64,000 bases of DNA, taken from NCBI GenBank assembly GCA_051313645.2, contig JBNRSN020000009.1, positions 36,084,001-36,148,000 on the forward strand. The letters run 5' to 3'. Made by a program: the position numbers and the translations under genes. Source of the stretch: Centroscyllium fabricii (lineage: Eukaryota). Under the pieces are notes generated by a model. The model made no database searches, had not been told where the DNA came from, and worked only from the letters and a program-made list of their open reading frames with translations. Shown one piece after another: positions 36,142-47,900 of this stretch. Numbering within the stretch: position 1 is the stretch's first letter; every line of letters begins with the position of its first letter.

Positions 36142-38257
36142 TTATCGGTAGGGGGTGGCCTTGTGGGGGGTCAGCTTTGCCTCTGACTTCCTTGAGCAGT
36201 TCGAAACGCTCCCACGCCCCTGAGGTTCTAGACACTGGACTTAGGTGCAGGTTTGCGATACACAAATGGAACGGACAACAGGTTCAGTGCAAGAAATCAG
36301 CTTTTATTACAAAAAATTACCACAAAACTTTATGACAGAGAAAATTATGATACGTTAACATGCAGGACTAAACTTTATAAAACAAAATACAATAACTGGG
36401 AATGAGGAAATATACGGCACATCGAGGGAAAAATCACAATTACATTTACACCCCTTATCTGGTCCCACCCCTATTACCTAGCTAGATTTTACTATGAGAA
36501 CTCAGGGATTCATGCTCACCAAGCCAAAGTTTTGCCACTGCAGTTGTGAGTTTGGAGTTTGCTTCTTCTTATCCCTAGGGGTCTGCCGCAGTCACGTGGT
36601 TGCTCTCCCTCAGGAACTGCGCGACACCTATAGCTGATCAATTTCTCTGTGCTGTTCTGCTCTGAGAGAGTACTGTCTTTTACCTAGCCCCCTTAAACTT
36701 CGTACATGGACTTCGGGTTTCATTTCCTGGTCTTCTTAGTAGTTGGTACTGCTTGTCCTCCTGCCCAGATGCGTCGCCGACTTCTCATTGTGTTCTGCCT
36801 TCTTGTGTTATGAATCTCCTGTCTGTGCCTTCATTTGGCATGGATAATTATACAGGTTGTGCACCCATTATCTTACCGCCAAATCAAGCAAAAACTATTG
36901 TCCCAATTTTGGCAGGCTTGCAGAGGCAGCTATGGCCATTCATTTTAATGAGGTTCGGGATGATGGTCCCCTCCCTTAATGGCCCTGTCATTTAAGGTGC
37001 TTTGTTCTGGGAGGTGTCAACTGTCCAGTATCGATGTTTGATTGTTCTGAAGTTTGGAAGTTTCAGTTATGCACAAGTTCGAGTGACTGGTTTCTGCCTT
37101 AATGGCTGAGTTAAAAAGGGGTGCTTATTTATGCATCACCCTTAATCGTTAACATGTTAACAAGATTGAATCATCTCTAGCTCCTATCTGTTTGGAAGTG
37201 GATTGTGCTGTCTGTCTGGTTTCAGGTAAGTCACATTCCATGCCCTTTGACCTTGGCCATGGGCCTGTTGTCTGTTTTAAGCGTGCAGCCTTTTACTGGA
37301 AGTCCTCTTTACGTACGGTTTAATCATTTAATAACTGTGAGGGGTGTGGGAATTTTGAGAATACTGCAACATACCATTTGCTTTCCTAATTGCTTGCTGT
37401 ACCTGCATGTTAACTGTCTGTGATTCATGTACAAGGACACCCGGGTCCCTATGAATGCAAACAATTCCCAGTCTCTCTCGATTCAAAAAATATTCTGCTT
37501 TTTTGTTTTTCCTACCAAAGTGGATAACTTCACACTTCCCCACATTGTATTCCATTTGCCATGTTCTTGCCCACTCACCTAACCTCTCTATATCTCTCTG
37601 CAGCCCTCTTTGCGTCCTCCTCACAGCTTACTTTCCCACCTAACTTTGTACCATCAGCAAACTTGGATACGTTGCACTCAGTCCCTTCACCTAATTCACT
37701 ATTATAGATTGTAAATGGCTGAGGCCCAAGCACTGATCCTTGCGGTACCCTGCTAGTTACAGTCTGCCAACCCCCAAAAAAAACATTTATTCCTACTCTC
37801 TGTTTTCTGTCCATTAACCAATCCTCAATCCATGCTAATATATTACCCCCAATCCCATGAGTCCTAATTTTGTGCAATAACCTCTTATGTGGCACCTTAT
37901 CAAATGCTTTTTGAAAGTCCAAATACACTACATCCACTGGTTCCCCCTACTAGTTACATCTTCAAAAATCTTTAACAGGTTTGTCAAACACGATTTTCCT
38001 TTCATAAAATCATGTTGACTCTGCCTAATCATATTACGATTTTTTAGATGCCCTGTTACCCTGTCCCTAATAATAGATGCTAGCATTACTAGGTTGTAAT
38101 TAAATAATTGAGGAAAAACTCTGTCACACAAGCCTTATTTTGCAGCCGATTTACCTTGAGTGCAGCACTGAGAGAGAATTGCATTGTTGGAGGTGTGGTC
38201 ATTTAGATGAGACATTAATCCAAGGCTCGGTCTGCCCGTCAGGTGGATGTAAAAGAT

Positions 38258-38640
38258 GACAAACCTGACGGGTTTGGACAGGTTGGATGCGGGCAGAATG
38301 TTCCCAATGTTGGGGAAGTCCAGAACCAGGGGGCACAGACTAAGGATAAGGGGTAGGCCATTCAGGACTGAGATGAGGAGAAACTTCTTCACCCAGAGAG
38401 TGGTGAACCTGTGGAATTCTCTAACACAGAAAGTTGTTGAGGCCAGTTCACTAAATATATTCAAAAGGGAGTTAGATGTAATACTTACAACTAGGGGGAT
38501 CAAGGGATATGGCGAGAAAGCAGGAATGGGGTACTGATGTAGCATGTTCAGCCATGAACGTGTTGAAAGGCAGTGCAGGCTCGAAGGGCTGAATGGTCTA
38601 CTCCTGCACCTATTTTCTATGTATCTATGTATCTATGTAT
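38258..38640 (+). mobile_element. CR1 LINE 3' fragment
   Basis: Encodes GLDRLDAGRMFP...RRNFFTQRVVNLWNSL...GIKGYG and ends in a (tatgtatc)n tail. Confidence 0.92.
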
Positions 38641-38849
38641 CCCATGGCATTATTCAAAGAAGAACAGGGAGTTCTCCCTCAACCAATACATCAAAACAGA
38701 TGAACTGGTCATTTACCTCACTGCTGTCTGTGGGGATTTGTTGTGCACAAAGGCACTGCCATGATTCCCTACACAACAGTGGCCACATTTCAACAGTAAT
38801 CACTGACTATGGAGAGCTTTGGGTTATCCTGAGGACATGAACGGTGTTG

Positions 38850-39205
38850 CAGGTTGTGCACCGGTAATCCGGCACCCTCGGGACCAGGCCGGTGCCGGAC
38901 CATTGAAAATTCTGAACCACTGAAGGTTCGGGGGGGGGGGGGGAGCGCGCGGGTAGAACACTCCCCGGAGCCCGGAGCGCGCGGGTAGAATGCTCCCCGG
39001 GAGGGAGCCCGGGGATAGAACACTCAGAAGACCTAAAATAACAGCAACCCAAACGCCCGACACCTTCGGCGCTCGCCCACCCTTCGCGGGAAACGGTAGC
39101 GCTGCCGAGTGGCTGCTCCGCAAATTGAAGAGCGCCGGTTTCCATTCGTGCCAGACCACTGAAGGTGCCGGACCATCGGGTGCCGGATTACCGGTGCGCA
39201 ACCTG
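38850..39205. mobile_element. MITE, pogo/Tigger-like non-autonomous DNA transposon
   Basis: 27-bp TIRs CAGGTTGTGCACCGGTAATCCGGCACC / GGTGCCGGATTACCGGTGCGCAACCTG (1 mismatch), TG on both flanks, and internal GC-rich short repeats. Confidence 0.88.
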
Positions 39206-39724
39206 TGTTTAAGTGCAAGATATTGGCTTAATCTTCGGCTCAGTCAGATAAACTCAGCTTTCATTGTGGACTCAAATTTCTGCCCATATGAGCAGATTAT
39301 ATTACTGTAAAAAGAACTACAGAAGTGTAGACAATTAAAATAAAATGATGAAAACCCATCACATAAAGCAGTTGTGTCCAAGCTTTTTCTCTCCTTTTGG
39401 GCTGCATAAGTGTGTATCTCAGGATGACATACAAGCTCTCCTATTAGCTTACATGCATTTCAACTTGTTTACACTGGCATGTCTGGGTGTTTCTGATTCA
39501 AGATTTATCCGCTCGTTAAGCAGCAACACCCAGAACAGCCTTTTCCAAACCTCCAGGCCAACAAAATTCAAACCGGGCAGAGTAGTTAGTATGAAATATA
39601 TAGGCATATTTAGCACTGAGTAGTCTGAGCTTCACAAACCAGATCGCCAGGGTTTGAGGGCTGCATTGGACCCATGGGTTTAACATACCAAGATAACGTT
39701 CTCCACTGTGTCCAGCATAGGCTC

Positions 39725-40230
39725 CTTCTTTTGTACTGTAGTAGCAAAGCAAATCAAAGATCAATATCTAAGTCAGATATCTAGGCCAAACAGTCCAGTG
39801 TAACAGTGTGGATATCTTGTAGGCTGCCTGCGAATTTCCTCCGAGGGCAGTGCTCAATGATGTGCTCCCGGGTCTGATCAGGAGCTCTGCTGTCGCATGA
39901 CAGGGATGCTTTAGGAGAAGGTGGCAGCATTTACCTGTTGCTGGGGCAGTTGATGGTTGTCCACTGTTTGCGAGGAAGGTGTGACCCTTCAGGTTGTACT
40001 GTGGGGTCCTCTATAAGGAATCCATTCCGTATGTCGCAGTTCTTCCAAGCATTTCAACGTCGGTCATCAAGGTTGAGGGGAGATCGCTGAAGGGCTTCGA
40101 CAACGCTCCAAAATGGCCTTCTAGATTTGAGACGGGTTGGTGGTAGGTTGTTCAAGTCGGCCCAGATTGGCAAGTCTTTGCTGGTGTAGCGGTTGTATTC
40201 TCTGAAGACTGCATATTCGTGGGGCTTGTG
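39725..40230 (-). mobile_element. Decayed Vingi/Ingi-like LINE 3' fragment
   Basis: Minus-strand translation gives PPTRLKSRRPFW...PEGSHLPRKQWTTIN...DQTREHIIEHCPRRKF, the same C-terminal architecture as 61936-62672. It has an aaagaag-type tail. Confidence 0.75.
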
Positions 40231-40480
40231 GTTAGTTACGTCCCACCTCCAAGTTGCCTCTGCTAACTCACACCTTTAGCTAGTGTGCCACTGCAGATTG
40301 AAGTATCAACACAGTTTCACTTGGCTGTAGTCATCATTTTAGCTGCTATCATGCCTGAGGAATGCCCAGGAAAGATTTGGCCCTTACCAGTGGATGAGTA
40401 AAACTTCTGGGTTGGAGCTGTGTTAATTGCTACTGATGGCGATAAGCGATGGCACACAGCAAAGTCCCAGCTTGTATCTC

Positions 40481-40776
40481 TGATGCACAATCAATTACTA
40501 CCAGTCGATGGTTCGATGCAACTGAGGCTTTTATTAACTTAGAACTGGACACAGGTCTGGCGATCTTCCGAGTCAAAGTGAAAGCACTCAGGTGTGCTGG
40601 CACTTTTATACCCTGTGGGCGGAGCCTGGAGGAAGCCAAGGAGCTGGGTCCTCCCAGATGAGTCCTCCCAGACAAGAAGGCAAGGAGTCACAATCACACA
40701 TACAGTACAGTAATTACAAGGAGGGGACACAAGGGGGAGACACTATACAATATATACAAGATGATGGTTTACCACA
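40481..40776 (-). mobile_element. Solo LTR (TGTGGTAAAC family), 296 bp
   Basis: Minus strand TGTGGTAAAC...TATAAAAG...AATAAAAGCC...GCATCA with perfect TSD ATCTC. Confidence 0.93.
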
Positions 40777-41938
40777 ATCTCTGCTGATGTTAATTCAGTT
40801 TCCTCACGCTGTTGGGCTCAATAATTTATCGCAGCCTGGAGCGAAGGCGTCAGTAGCAGTGGCAACCGCTGCTTAAGTCATTGAAACTTTGCTGCCAATC
40901 AGCACTGCAGTGAGCTGTAATGGGCCCTTACGAGGTGGGTGTGTGGAAATCATTGCAGTCTTCACCCCACTTGTAGAACAGAAACAAGTAAAGACGCAAG
41001 AGCTCCGGGGGGAATTGTAAGATCAGGTATGGTACCTCACATGGTGTCTACCATCTGTCAATGCTGTTGAAGATTCCTGATGGCAATCGTGCTTCCTCTT
41101 AGAGCCTCCAGAAGCTGTCATCCTGTGAGCTATTTTTGCAACTTTAAAATGCCACTTTCTCACATTCTCCTCAGCTGAACAAAGCCAGGCTTTTGAATTT
41201 GACAATGCATTGAGTGCGTGACAACCTGCTAATGGGGATTAGATGCTATCGTGAAAGTCCTGTCACTTGAATGTTAATTGGGAGAGAGGGCTGGCACTGA
41301 AAGAAGATCTTTTCTGCGGTGTAACTCCAATTGCATTGTTCATCAGCCCGTTTACACGCAGCGCTGAATGCACACACAAGTTGGATGACATGCTGAAAGC
41401 ATCATGGTTGAATTTTTAGACTATGTTTAAACATTGCATTTTGACTGGATTGTTCACCTTGGGCAGGGACAGAGCTGTTGTGCCAACATAACGGGAGCCC
41501 AATTGGTGGAACTCATCAACGTTGCAAACATTTTGCGACAACTCGCTTTTATATGGCACCTTTTTAACGTGGATAAATGTCCCAAGAGGAGGAGAAGGAG
41601 CAGACGCTGATCCTTTGTGGGTGAGATAGGAGAAGTGACCAAAAGCTGGACGCAATGCCATTTGAGCAGGCTTTAAAGGCGGGTAGAGGCAGTGGTTTCG
41701 ATTACACTGTGGACAGTGCTCTGACTTGGCCTTAAACTGGAAGCATTCCACCACAACAAATTAAGTATGGGGCTAAAATGCCTATATTGTGCACTACAAG
41801 TGTCAGCTTGGCTCAGTGGTAGCACTTGTACTTCTAAGTCAGAAGGTCCCAGGTTCAAGCCCCACTCCAGGACATTACTGCAGTGAAATATCATGTGGTC
41901 ATGAAGGAGTGCTGCACTGTTGGAGGTACAGGTTGTGC

Positions 41939-42792
41939 CGATGCGCTCCACTCTATCAGATCACTCCTTTGTACTGCCACCAACGCTACTCCTCACGAAA
42001 AACTGTTTGTCTTCCCTCGGAAGTCCGCTTCAGGGACCTCGCTACCATCATGGCTGACGCCCCCCAGGGCCCGTCCTACTCCGGAAGCATGTGAGGAGCC
42101 ATAAGTCGGACCCCCTGGTCGAAAGGGTCCATCTCCTCCACGCCAACCCCCAATACGCCTATGTTGCGTACCCTGACGGGCGGGAGGACACGGTCTCCAT
42201 TAGAGACCTAGCACCCTCAGGAGCCCCTGAGACCACCGCGACCCACCACCCCGCACCTTTATCCCCCACCGTTACCCACGATGCACCAGTGCCATGGCAT
42301 GTTCTCCCAGCCCCTGTGGACGGCACGCCAGGGCCCCAGGATCCATCGCCACACACCCGCCAACTCAACGCAGCTGAGGACAACACACCAGTGCTCCAAA
42401 CCGCCCAGAATTCGGCACCGGAACCTACACCACGGCCGGTACTATGACAGTCACAGCGGCGGACCAGACCACCCGAAAGACTTAATTTACAGTGAATGTT
42501 AATCCACCTCACCCCGCCGGACTCTTTTTTAAACAGGGGGTGAATGTGGTAAACTACCGTTATTGTATTATCGTTCACTCTTACCTGATGTATGTAACCT
42601 AGCTGGACATGCCCCTGCTGACTCTGCCTGTGGCTCCTCCCCCAGACCCAGGTATAAAGGTGACTGTTTCCCAACCCCCCTTCAGTCCCGGACCAGTCGA
42701 TCAGCAGAGGCATGCTCTCATTCTTTAGTGAATAAAAGCCTATTTGTTACTTGTATAACTTCTAGTCTTTTGGAGTTATTGATAGCGCATCA
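41939..42792 (+). mobile_element. 3' fragment of a Ty3/Gypsy element: integrase C-terminus, PPT and 3' LTR (42545-42792, TGTGGTAAAC family)
   Basis: Encodes DALHSIRSLLCTATNATPHE...VERVHLLHANPQYAYVAYPDGREDTVSIRDLAP. The purine tract aaacagggggtgaa precedes TGTGGTAAAC...GCATCA. Confidence 0.9.
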
Positions 42793-42902
42793 CACCGTTA
42801 ATCTGGGACCCGATGGTCCGGCAGCTTCAGTGGTCTGGCATGAATCTGTCTGGCCAGCCCACGTGATCCCAGGGACGCTCGCGATGCGCGGGCCTCTCCC
42901 CA

Positions 42903-43070
42903 ACTGGTCTGTGCATGCACAGCAGCCATTTTGAATGGTCTGCGCAGCGGCCATTTCAAATGGGCTGCGTATGCACGGTGGCCATATTGAATGACTTGCG
43001 CATGCGCGGTGGCCATTTTGAATGGTCTGCACATGCGTGGAAGCCATTTTGAATGGTCTGCGCATGCGCT
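42903..43070 (+). repeat. ~31-bp tandem repeat (gcgcatgcgcggtggccattttgaatggtct), about 5 copies, inside the MITE
   Basis: Repeated gccattttgaatggtctgc / gcatgcgc motifs are directly visible. Confidence 0.9.
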
Positions 43071-43307
43071 CCCCGAACCTTCAGCGGTTTGGATTTTTCA
43101 GTGGCCCAGCACCGGCCTGGTCCCGACGGTGCCGGATTAATGGTGCCGGACCTGTGTTGCCTTTTGGATGAGATGTTAAACTGAGGTCCTATGCAAGTGA
43201 ATGCAAAAGATCCTGTGGCACTATTTTGAAGAAGAACAGGAGTTATCCCTGGGGTCCTGGGCCAACTTTAATCCCTCAACCAACATCACTAAAATAGATT
43301 AACTGGT

Positions 43308-43602
43308 GATCAGCCCTGTTCCTGGGACTAGGGACAGGGTCACTGGCAAGGCTTGCGAAGCTAAGCTAGAACCAGGCCTGGTTAGTACTTGGATGGGTGA
43401 CCTCCAGGGAATACCAGGTGCAGAAGGTCACGAAAGGAGCCCCAGGGAGGGGTGGTTGGCTGAAGATTGCCGGAAAGATGGAAAGATGGAAAGATGGAAT
43501 GGTGGCGCACACAGACGCAGCGGTTTTGCTGGACTATTGGGAGCTTGCAAGATCAGATTTCGTCATTGTATAATGACAATAAAGTTGTCTTATTATTATT
43601 AT
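43308..43602 (+). mobile_element. 5S rRNA-containing SINE-like insertion with a Rex1/Babar-like 3' end
   Basis: 43357-43427 matches the 3' half of 5S rRNA (gaagctaagc...ggcctggttagtacttggatggg...gggaatacc.ggtgc). It ends gtcattgtataatgacaataaag followed by (tta)n and interrupts the host SINE. Confidence 0.72.
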
Positions 43603-43829
43603 TTAGCTCATTGCTATTTTGGGACCTTTCTGTGCACGAATTGGCTCCTGTTGTTGCTACAAAGCAACACTGACTACAGCTGAAAAGTAATTAACTGGCT
43701 GTGTAGCACTTTGGCACCATATAATTACAAGTCATTTTTTCTTATGATAGCAAAATAGCCCTCCGGACTCAATATCGAGTTCAACAATTTCAGACCATAA
43801 CTTCGGCCCCCATCATATTTTTACCTATT

Positions 43830-44150
43830 TTTATCCACACCTTTTATTTGGCCTTTTTTCCTTCTCTCTCTCATAGCAGCCGCCTCCCATTCTGCCAGTG
43901 CTTTTCACACCTAATCTACAGCTGTCTCCTGTCCACAGCCCCATCAGCATTGAATACCTCTTAACATCTTTTCGCTTTGTTCTCTCTTCTCTTTTGTTTT
44001 CTGTTCCCTCCCAGCCCCCCGGCCTTCCTACCTCTTTCATTTCCTGGCTTTAGTCTTGACAAAGGGTCAAAACCCGAAACATCGACTCTATATTTCTCTC
44101 CACAGATGTTGCCTGACCTGCTGAATTTTTCCAGCATTTTCTGTTGTTAT
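43830..44150 (+). mobile_element. Penelope-like element terminal fragment (decayed)
   Basis: A pyrimidine-rich tract is followed by cttgacaaagggtcaaaacccgaaac...cacagatgttgcctgacctgctga, similar to the arms of 51256-51435. Confidence 0.55.
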
Positions 44151-44900
44151 TTAATTTTTTCTTACATTGTTTAAGAGCACAGGAGTACCTTGAGATTTAT
44201 AAAACGCGCACGCATCACGTCAACTCATACAAGTTAATTCTGGACAAATATTTCTGAAATCCTGAGCACAATGCCAAGCTGAGCAGAAACCATCACCGTG
44301 GCACGTTGACCTTGGGGCGTGCCATCTTATTTTCAATTATTTTGCAACGTTAATAGTTTTTTAAATTAAATGCCTCACAAAGTCTGATGGAGCTATAGTA
44401 CGAATCATGTGTACTGCGACATATTTTAGTCAAGAACCTTTACTTATGTGAGTTTGAATTTTGTGGGGGGCGCAGTGAGGGAGTGAATGTTGTAGTTATC
44501 ATGATGTGGGATCGAACAATATCTTCCTTTTAGAGCCCAGTGCTAGTATCAAGCTAGGCTACGTGTGGCCTAGGTTAGATGCAAAGTAGAATCTTTTTAC
44601 TCTACGTCCAGCAACAGAGAGATTTCCTGCTGTCCACTATCTGTCATCAAATAATGATCGCAAGTATAAAGAATGCTTCGCAATTTGGTTACAGACAGAA
44701 ACATAGAAGATAAGAGCAGGAGTAGGCCATTCGGCCTTTCGAGACTGCTCCACCATTCAATGAGATCATGGCTGATCACCCAAACCCAGCACCCCGCCCC
44801 TGCCCTCTCCCCATACCCCCCAATCCCTATCGAGCCTACACCGACACATATCCCACCCTATCCCCGTAACCCCACATATTGAATCACCCTAACACTAAGG

Positions 44901-47900
44901 TGTAGCGCCGGCAGGGCCTAGGAACCACACGTGAGCCAGAGCTAGAGAAAACACAGCTTTAATAACTAAACAAAACAAGAAAGAGAGTAAACCACTCGCA
45001 ACGAGCGTATTTAAACAGTCCCGCAGTTGGTGACATCATCGCGTCACCCGGATGAGCGGGGCTTTGCTCTGCGGAGTTCCCGTGGCGGATTCGATGTCTC
45101 AGTGGGCGTGCCGCCACACAGCTCCCCCCAGAATCCGTCCGGGAGGAATAGTTACAGAGTCTATGTGTGCCGTTGGGGTGGCCGGGTGATGCGGCCGGAC
45201 CGTGTTGTCTGTTGCTCCTGGTTCTGCGGTGGAGTGTGGGTGGGTTTTGTTGCGGGAGGGCGACCGCGTTGTGGTGGTTGTGCGGGGACCGTTGTCTCAC
45301 CCGCTATAACGTGCGCCGGCTTGAGCCGGTCTATTGTCACAGTGTCAGTCCTGTTGCCCATTTGTAATTCAAAAGCTTTAGCTCCCGCCCGAAGCACTCT
45401 GTAGGGGCCATCGTACGGTGGCTGTAGTGGAGATCGGTGTCCGTCGCGCCGGACGAACACAAATTTAGCTTTTTTAATGTCGTCCGGCACCCGAGCTGCC
45501 GGCTCTCCGTGCCGGGCCACTGGTAGTGGCTGGAAAGCTCGTGCCGGGTTGGCGAAGTCTTTTAAATACTGGTCGGCTGACCAGGGAGCGTTGGGCTCAG
45601 CCAGGAACTCGCCCGGCACCGTTAAAATTTGGCCGTAGACGAGCTCTGCTGCCGAGGCGTTTAGGTCTTCCTTGACTGCCGAGCGCAGCCCGAGGAGAAC
45701 CCATGGAAGGCGGTCGGTCCACGATGCGTCCTTTAGTGTGGCTCGTAGTGATGCCTTCATTGAGCGGTGGAACCGTTCGCATAGGCCGTTCGCCTGTGGG
45801 TGGTATGCGGTGGTTCGATGTAGTGTCACCCCAAGGTCGCGGGCGATGGCCGCCCATAATGCCGACGTAAACTGTGGTCCTCTGTCGGAGGTGATGTCTG
45901 TGGGCACGCCGAAGCGGGCGACCCAGGTGGCGATGAACGCCCTGGCCAAGTCCGTGGTGCCAGTGGCAGTGAGGGGAATTGCTTCTGGCCAGCGAGTGTT
46001 GCGGTCGACCATGGTCATTAGGTGCGTGTGGCCCCGGGATGGCGGTAGTGGCCCGACGAGATCGATATGGATGTGGTCAAAGCGTCTGGCCGGCACTTTA
46101 AAAGTTTCCAGTGGTGCCCTGATGTGCTTATGCACTTTGGAGCGCTGGCAGGCTATGCAGGAGCTGGCCCAGGCGCGGACGTCCTTGCGCAGGCCGCGCC
46201 ATACGAATCGGGCCGAGATTAATTTGATGGACGCGCAGGCGCCGGGGTGGGACAGGTCATGGAGGGTCCTAAATATGTGTCGCCTCCAAGCGTGGGGTAC
46301 GACTGGCCTGGGTTGCGGCAAGGATACGTCGCAGCAGACGACGGTGGCAGCGGGGCCGTGCGCGATATTGGCCAAGTGGAGGCCCGGAAGATTAGCTGCT
46401 GCGTTGAGCAGGTCGGGGTCGGCCAGCTGGTCCGCGGCCAGCTGGGCGTAATCGACCGCCATTTGGGCGGCGTTAATGGTGGGGCGTGAGAGGCAGTCAG
46501 CGACCACGTTGTCGCGGCCGGAAATGTGCTAGATGTCGGTTGTAAATTCCGACACGGCCGCGAGTTGGCGCTGCTGCCTGGCCGACCAGGGTTCGGTGAC
46601 CTTAGCCATCGCAAACGTGAGTGGCTTATGGTCGCTGAAGGCTGTGAAGTGGCGGCCCTCCAAGAGGAAACGAAAGTGTCGCACTGCCAGATGGAGAGCG
46701 AGTAGCTCCCTATCGAAGGCGCTGTATTTAACCTCTGGGGGCCGGAGTTACCGGCTGAAAAAGGCCAGGGGCTGCCACGAGTTGCCGATCCACTGCTCAA
46801 ATACGGCCCCGACCGCATGGTCGGAGGCGTCGGTGGTGAGGGCTACTCTGGCGTTGGGCCTAGGGTGGGCTAGGAGGGTGGCGTTTGCCAGGGCGGTTTT
46901 AGTTGCGGTGAAGGCGGTGGCGGCGTCGGCCGTCCACTCGACCGCAGCCTTGTTGGACTGCCCGCGGGTGGCCTGGTATAAGGGGGCCATGAGAGCGGCT
47001 GCTCCCGGGATAAAGCGGTTATAAAAATTAACCATGCCTAAGAATTCCTGCAGCCCTTTAATGGAGTGCGGGTGGGGGAATTCCTGTACCGCCTGCACCT
47101 TGGAGGGCAGGGGTATGGCGCCTGTTTGGGAAATGCGGTGGCCGAGGAAGTCAATAGTCTCGAGGTCGAATTTGCACTTGGTGGGGCTTAAGATAAGGCC
47201 GTGTTCGGTAAGGCGCTGGAACAGGGTCCTGAGGTGCAGGAGGTGTTCCTGGGGGGAGGTGCTGGCCACGAGGATGTCGTCTAAATAGACGAAAATGAAC
47301 TTCAAGTCCCGTAGGACTGAGTCCATGAGGCGCTGGAAGGCCTGGGCCGCGTTTTTAAGGCCGAAGGGCATCCTAAGGAACTCGAAGAGCCCAAAGGGGG
47401 TAATAACGGCCGCTTTAGGAATGTCCGTCGGGTGTACCGGCACCTGGTAGTAGCCACGCACCAGGTCGATCTTGGAAAAGATCGTACAGCCCGCTAATCT
47501 GGCGGAAAAATCCTGGATGTTGGGTACGGGGTACCTATCCGGGGTGGTGGCGTTGTTTAGGCGGCGGTAGTCGCCGCAGGGGCGCCAACCTCCGTCGGGC
47601 TTGGGGGCTATGTGGAGCGGGGAGGCCCAGGGGCTGTTGGAGCGGCGGATAATGCCGAGTTGCTCCATGGTGCGGAACTCGGTGCGCGCTATCTCCTGCT
47701 TGGCCGGGTCGAGCCTACGGGCGTGAGCATGGACGGGAGGGCCTGTGGTCGTTATAAAATGCTCCACCCCGTGTTTGGCCTGGCGGGCGGTGAACGTGGG
47801 GTTGGTTAGGGTGGGGAACTCTGCCAGGAGTGTGCCGTAGGCATCGGAGTCCCGGGAGCGGCATTGGGCTGCCGCGTGGGCCAGGAGTGCGGGCCCTGTG

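Larger units (their letters stand above)
34076..37368 (-). mobile_element. Internally deleted LTR retroelement (ERV/Gypsy-like): ~1.2-kb 5' LTR, tRNA-Arg PBS, gag, and 13-bp remnant of the 3' LTR
   Basis: TG...CA ends interrupt the CR1 with a short ACA/AACA duplication. GCCACCCCCTAC occurs at both the 5' LTR end (36148-36159) and the element end (34077-34088). AATAAA lies on the minus strand near 36305. Confidence 0.8.
33436..38088 (-). mobile_element. CR1-clade (HER1-like) LINE, 5'-truncated and decayed, split by an LTR element at 34076-37368
   Basis: RT motifs DVVYLDFQKAFDKVPH, VPQGSVLGP, SKFADGTKLGG, EYNVGKCEVIHFG and C-terminal RRNFFSQRVVNLWNSLP. The 3' tail reads taagaacataagaac on +. 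The two halves join as gctaaca|taccatttg. Confidence 0.93.
38159..39217 (+). mobile_element. Old Deu-domain-type (SacSINE1-like) SINE body, split by a CR1 fragment and a MITE
   Basis: ggaggtg...gatgagacattaa...caggtggatgtaaaagat|cccatggcattattcaaagaag is homologous to the SINE at 41800-43735. Confidence 0.65.
41929..43154. mobile_element. MITE of the same TIR family as 38850-39205, opposite orientation, interrupted by a Gypsy fragment
   Basis: Left TIR caggttgtgc|caccgttaatctgggaccc is split by the insertion. Right end is ggtgccggattaatggtgccggacctg. Subterminal sequences match the first MITE in reverse. Confidence 0.82.
41800..43735 (+). mobile_element. tRNA-headed Deu-type (SacSINE1-like) SINE hosting a MITE and a 5S-containing SINE
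   Basis: A box (tggctcagtggt) and B box (ggttcaagccc) in the head. The body resumes at 43155 (ttttggatgagatgttaaac) and at 43603 (gctcattgctattttggga). Confidence 0.75.

Noticed and set aside
36101-36265. N-terminal extension of the 187-aa ORF
   Set aside because: It runs through the LTR end and PBS. The likely gag start is the ATG at 36100.
38929-38943. Poly-G tract as a functional G-quadruplex
   Set aside because: A homopolymer inside a MITE with unreliable length and no supporting context.
43357-43427. Functional 5S rRNA gene
   Set aside because: The 5' half is missing, the sequence is diverged, there is no oligo-T terminator and it is embedded in a retroposon.
45672-47288. Long + strand ORFs (259, 163 and 84 aa)
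   Set aside because: Antisense shadows of the GC-rich gag-pol with no recognisable domains.
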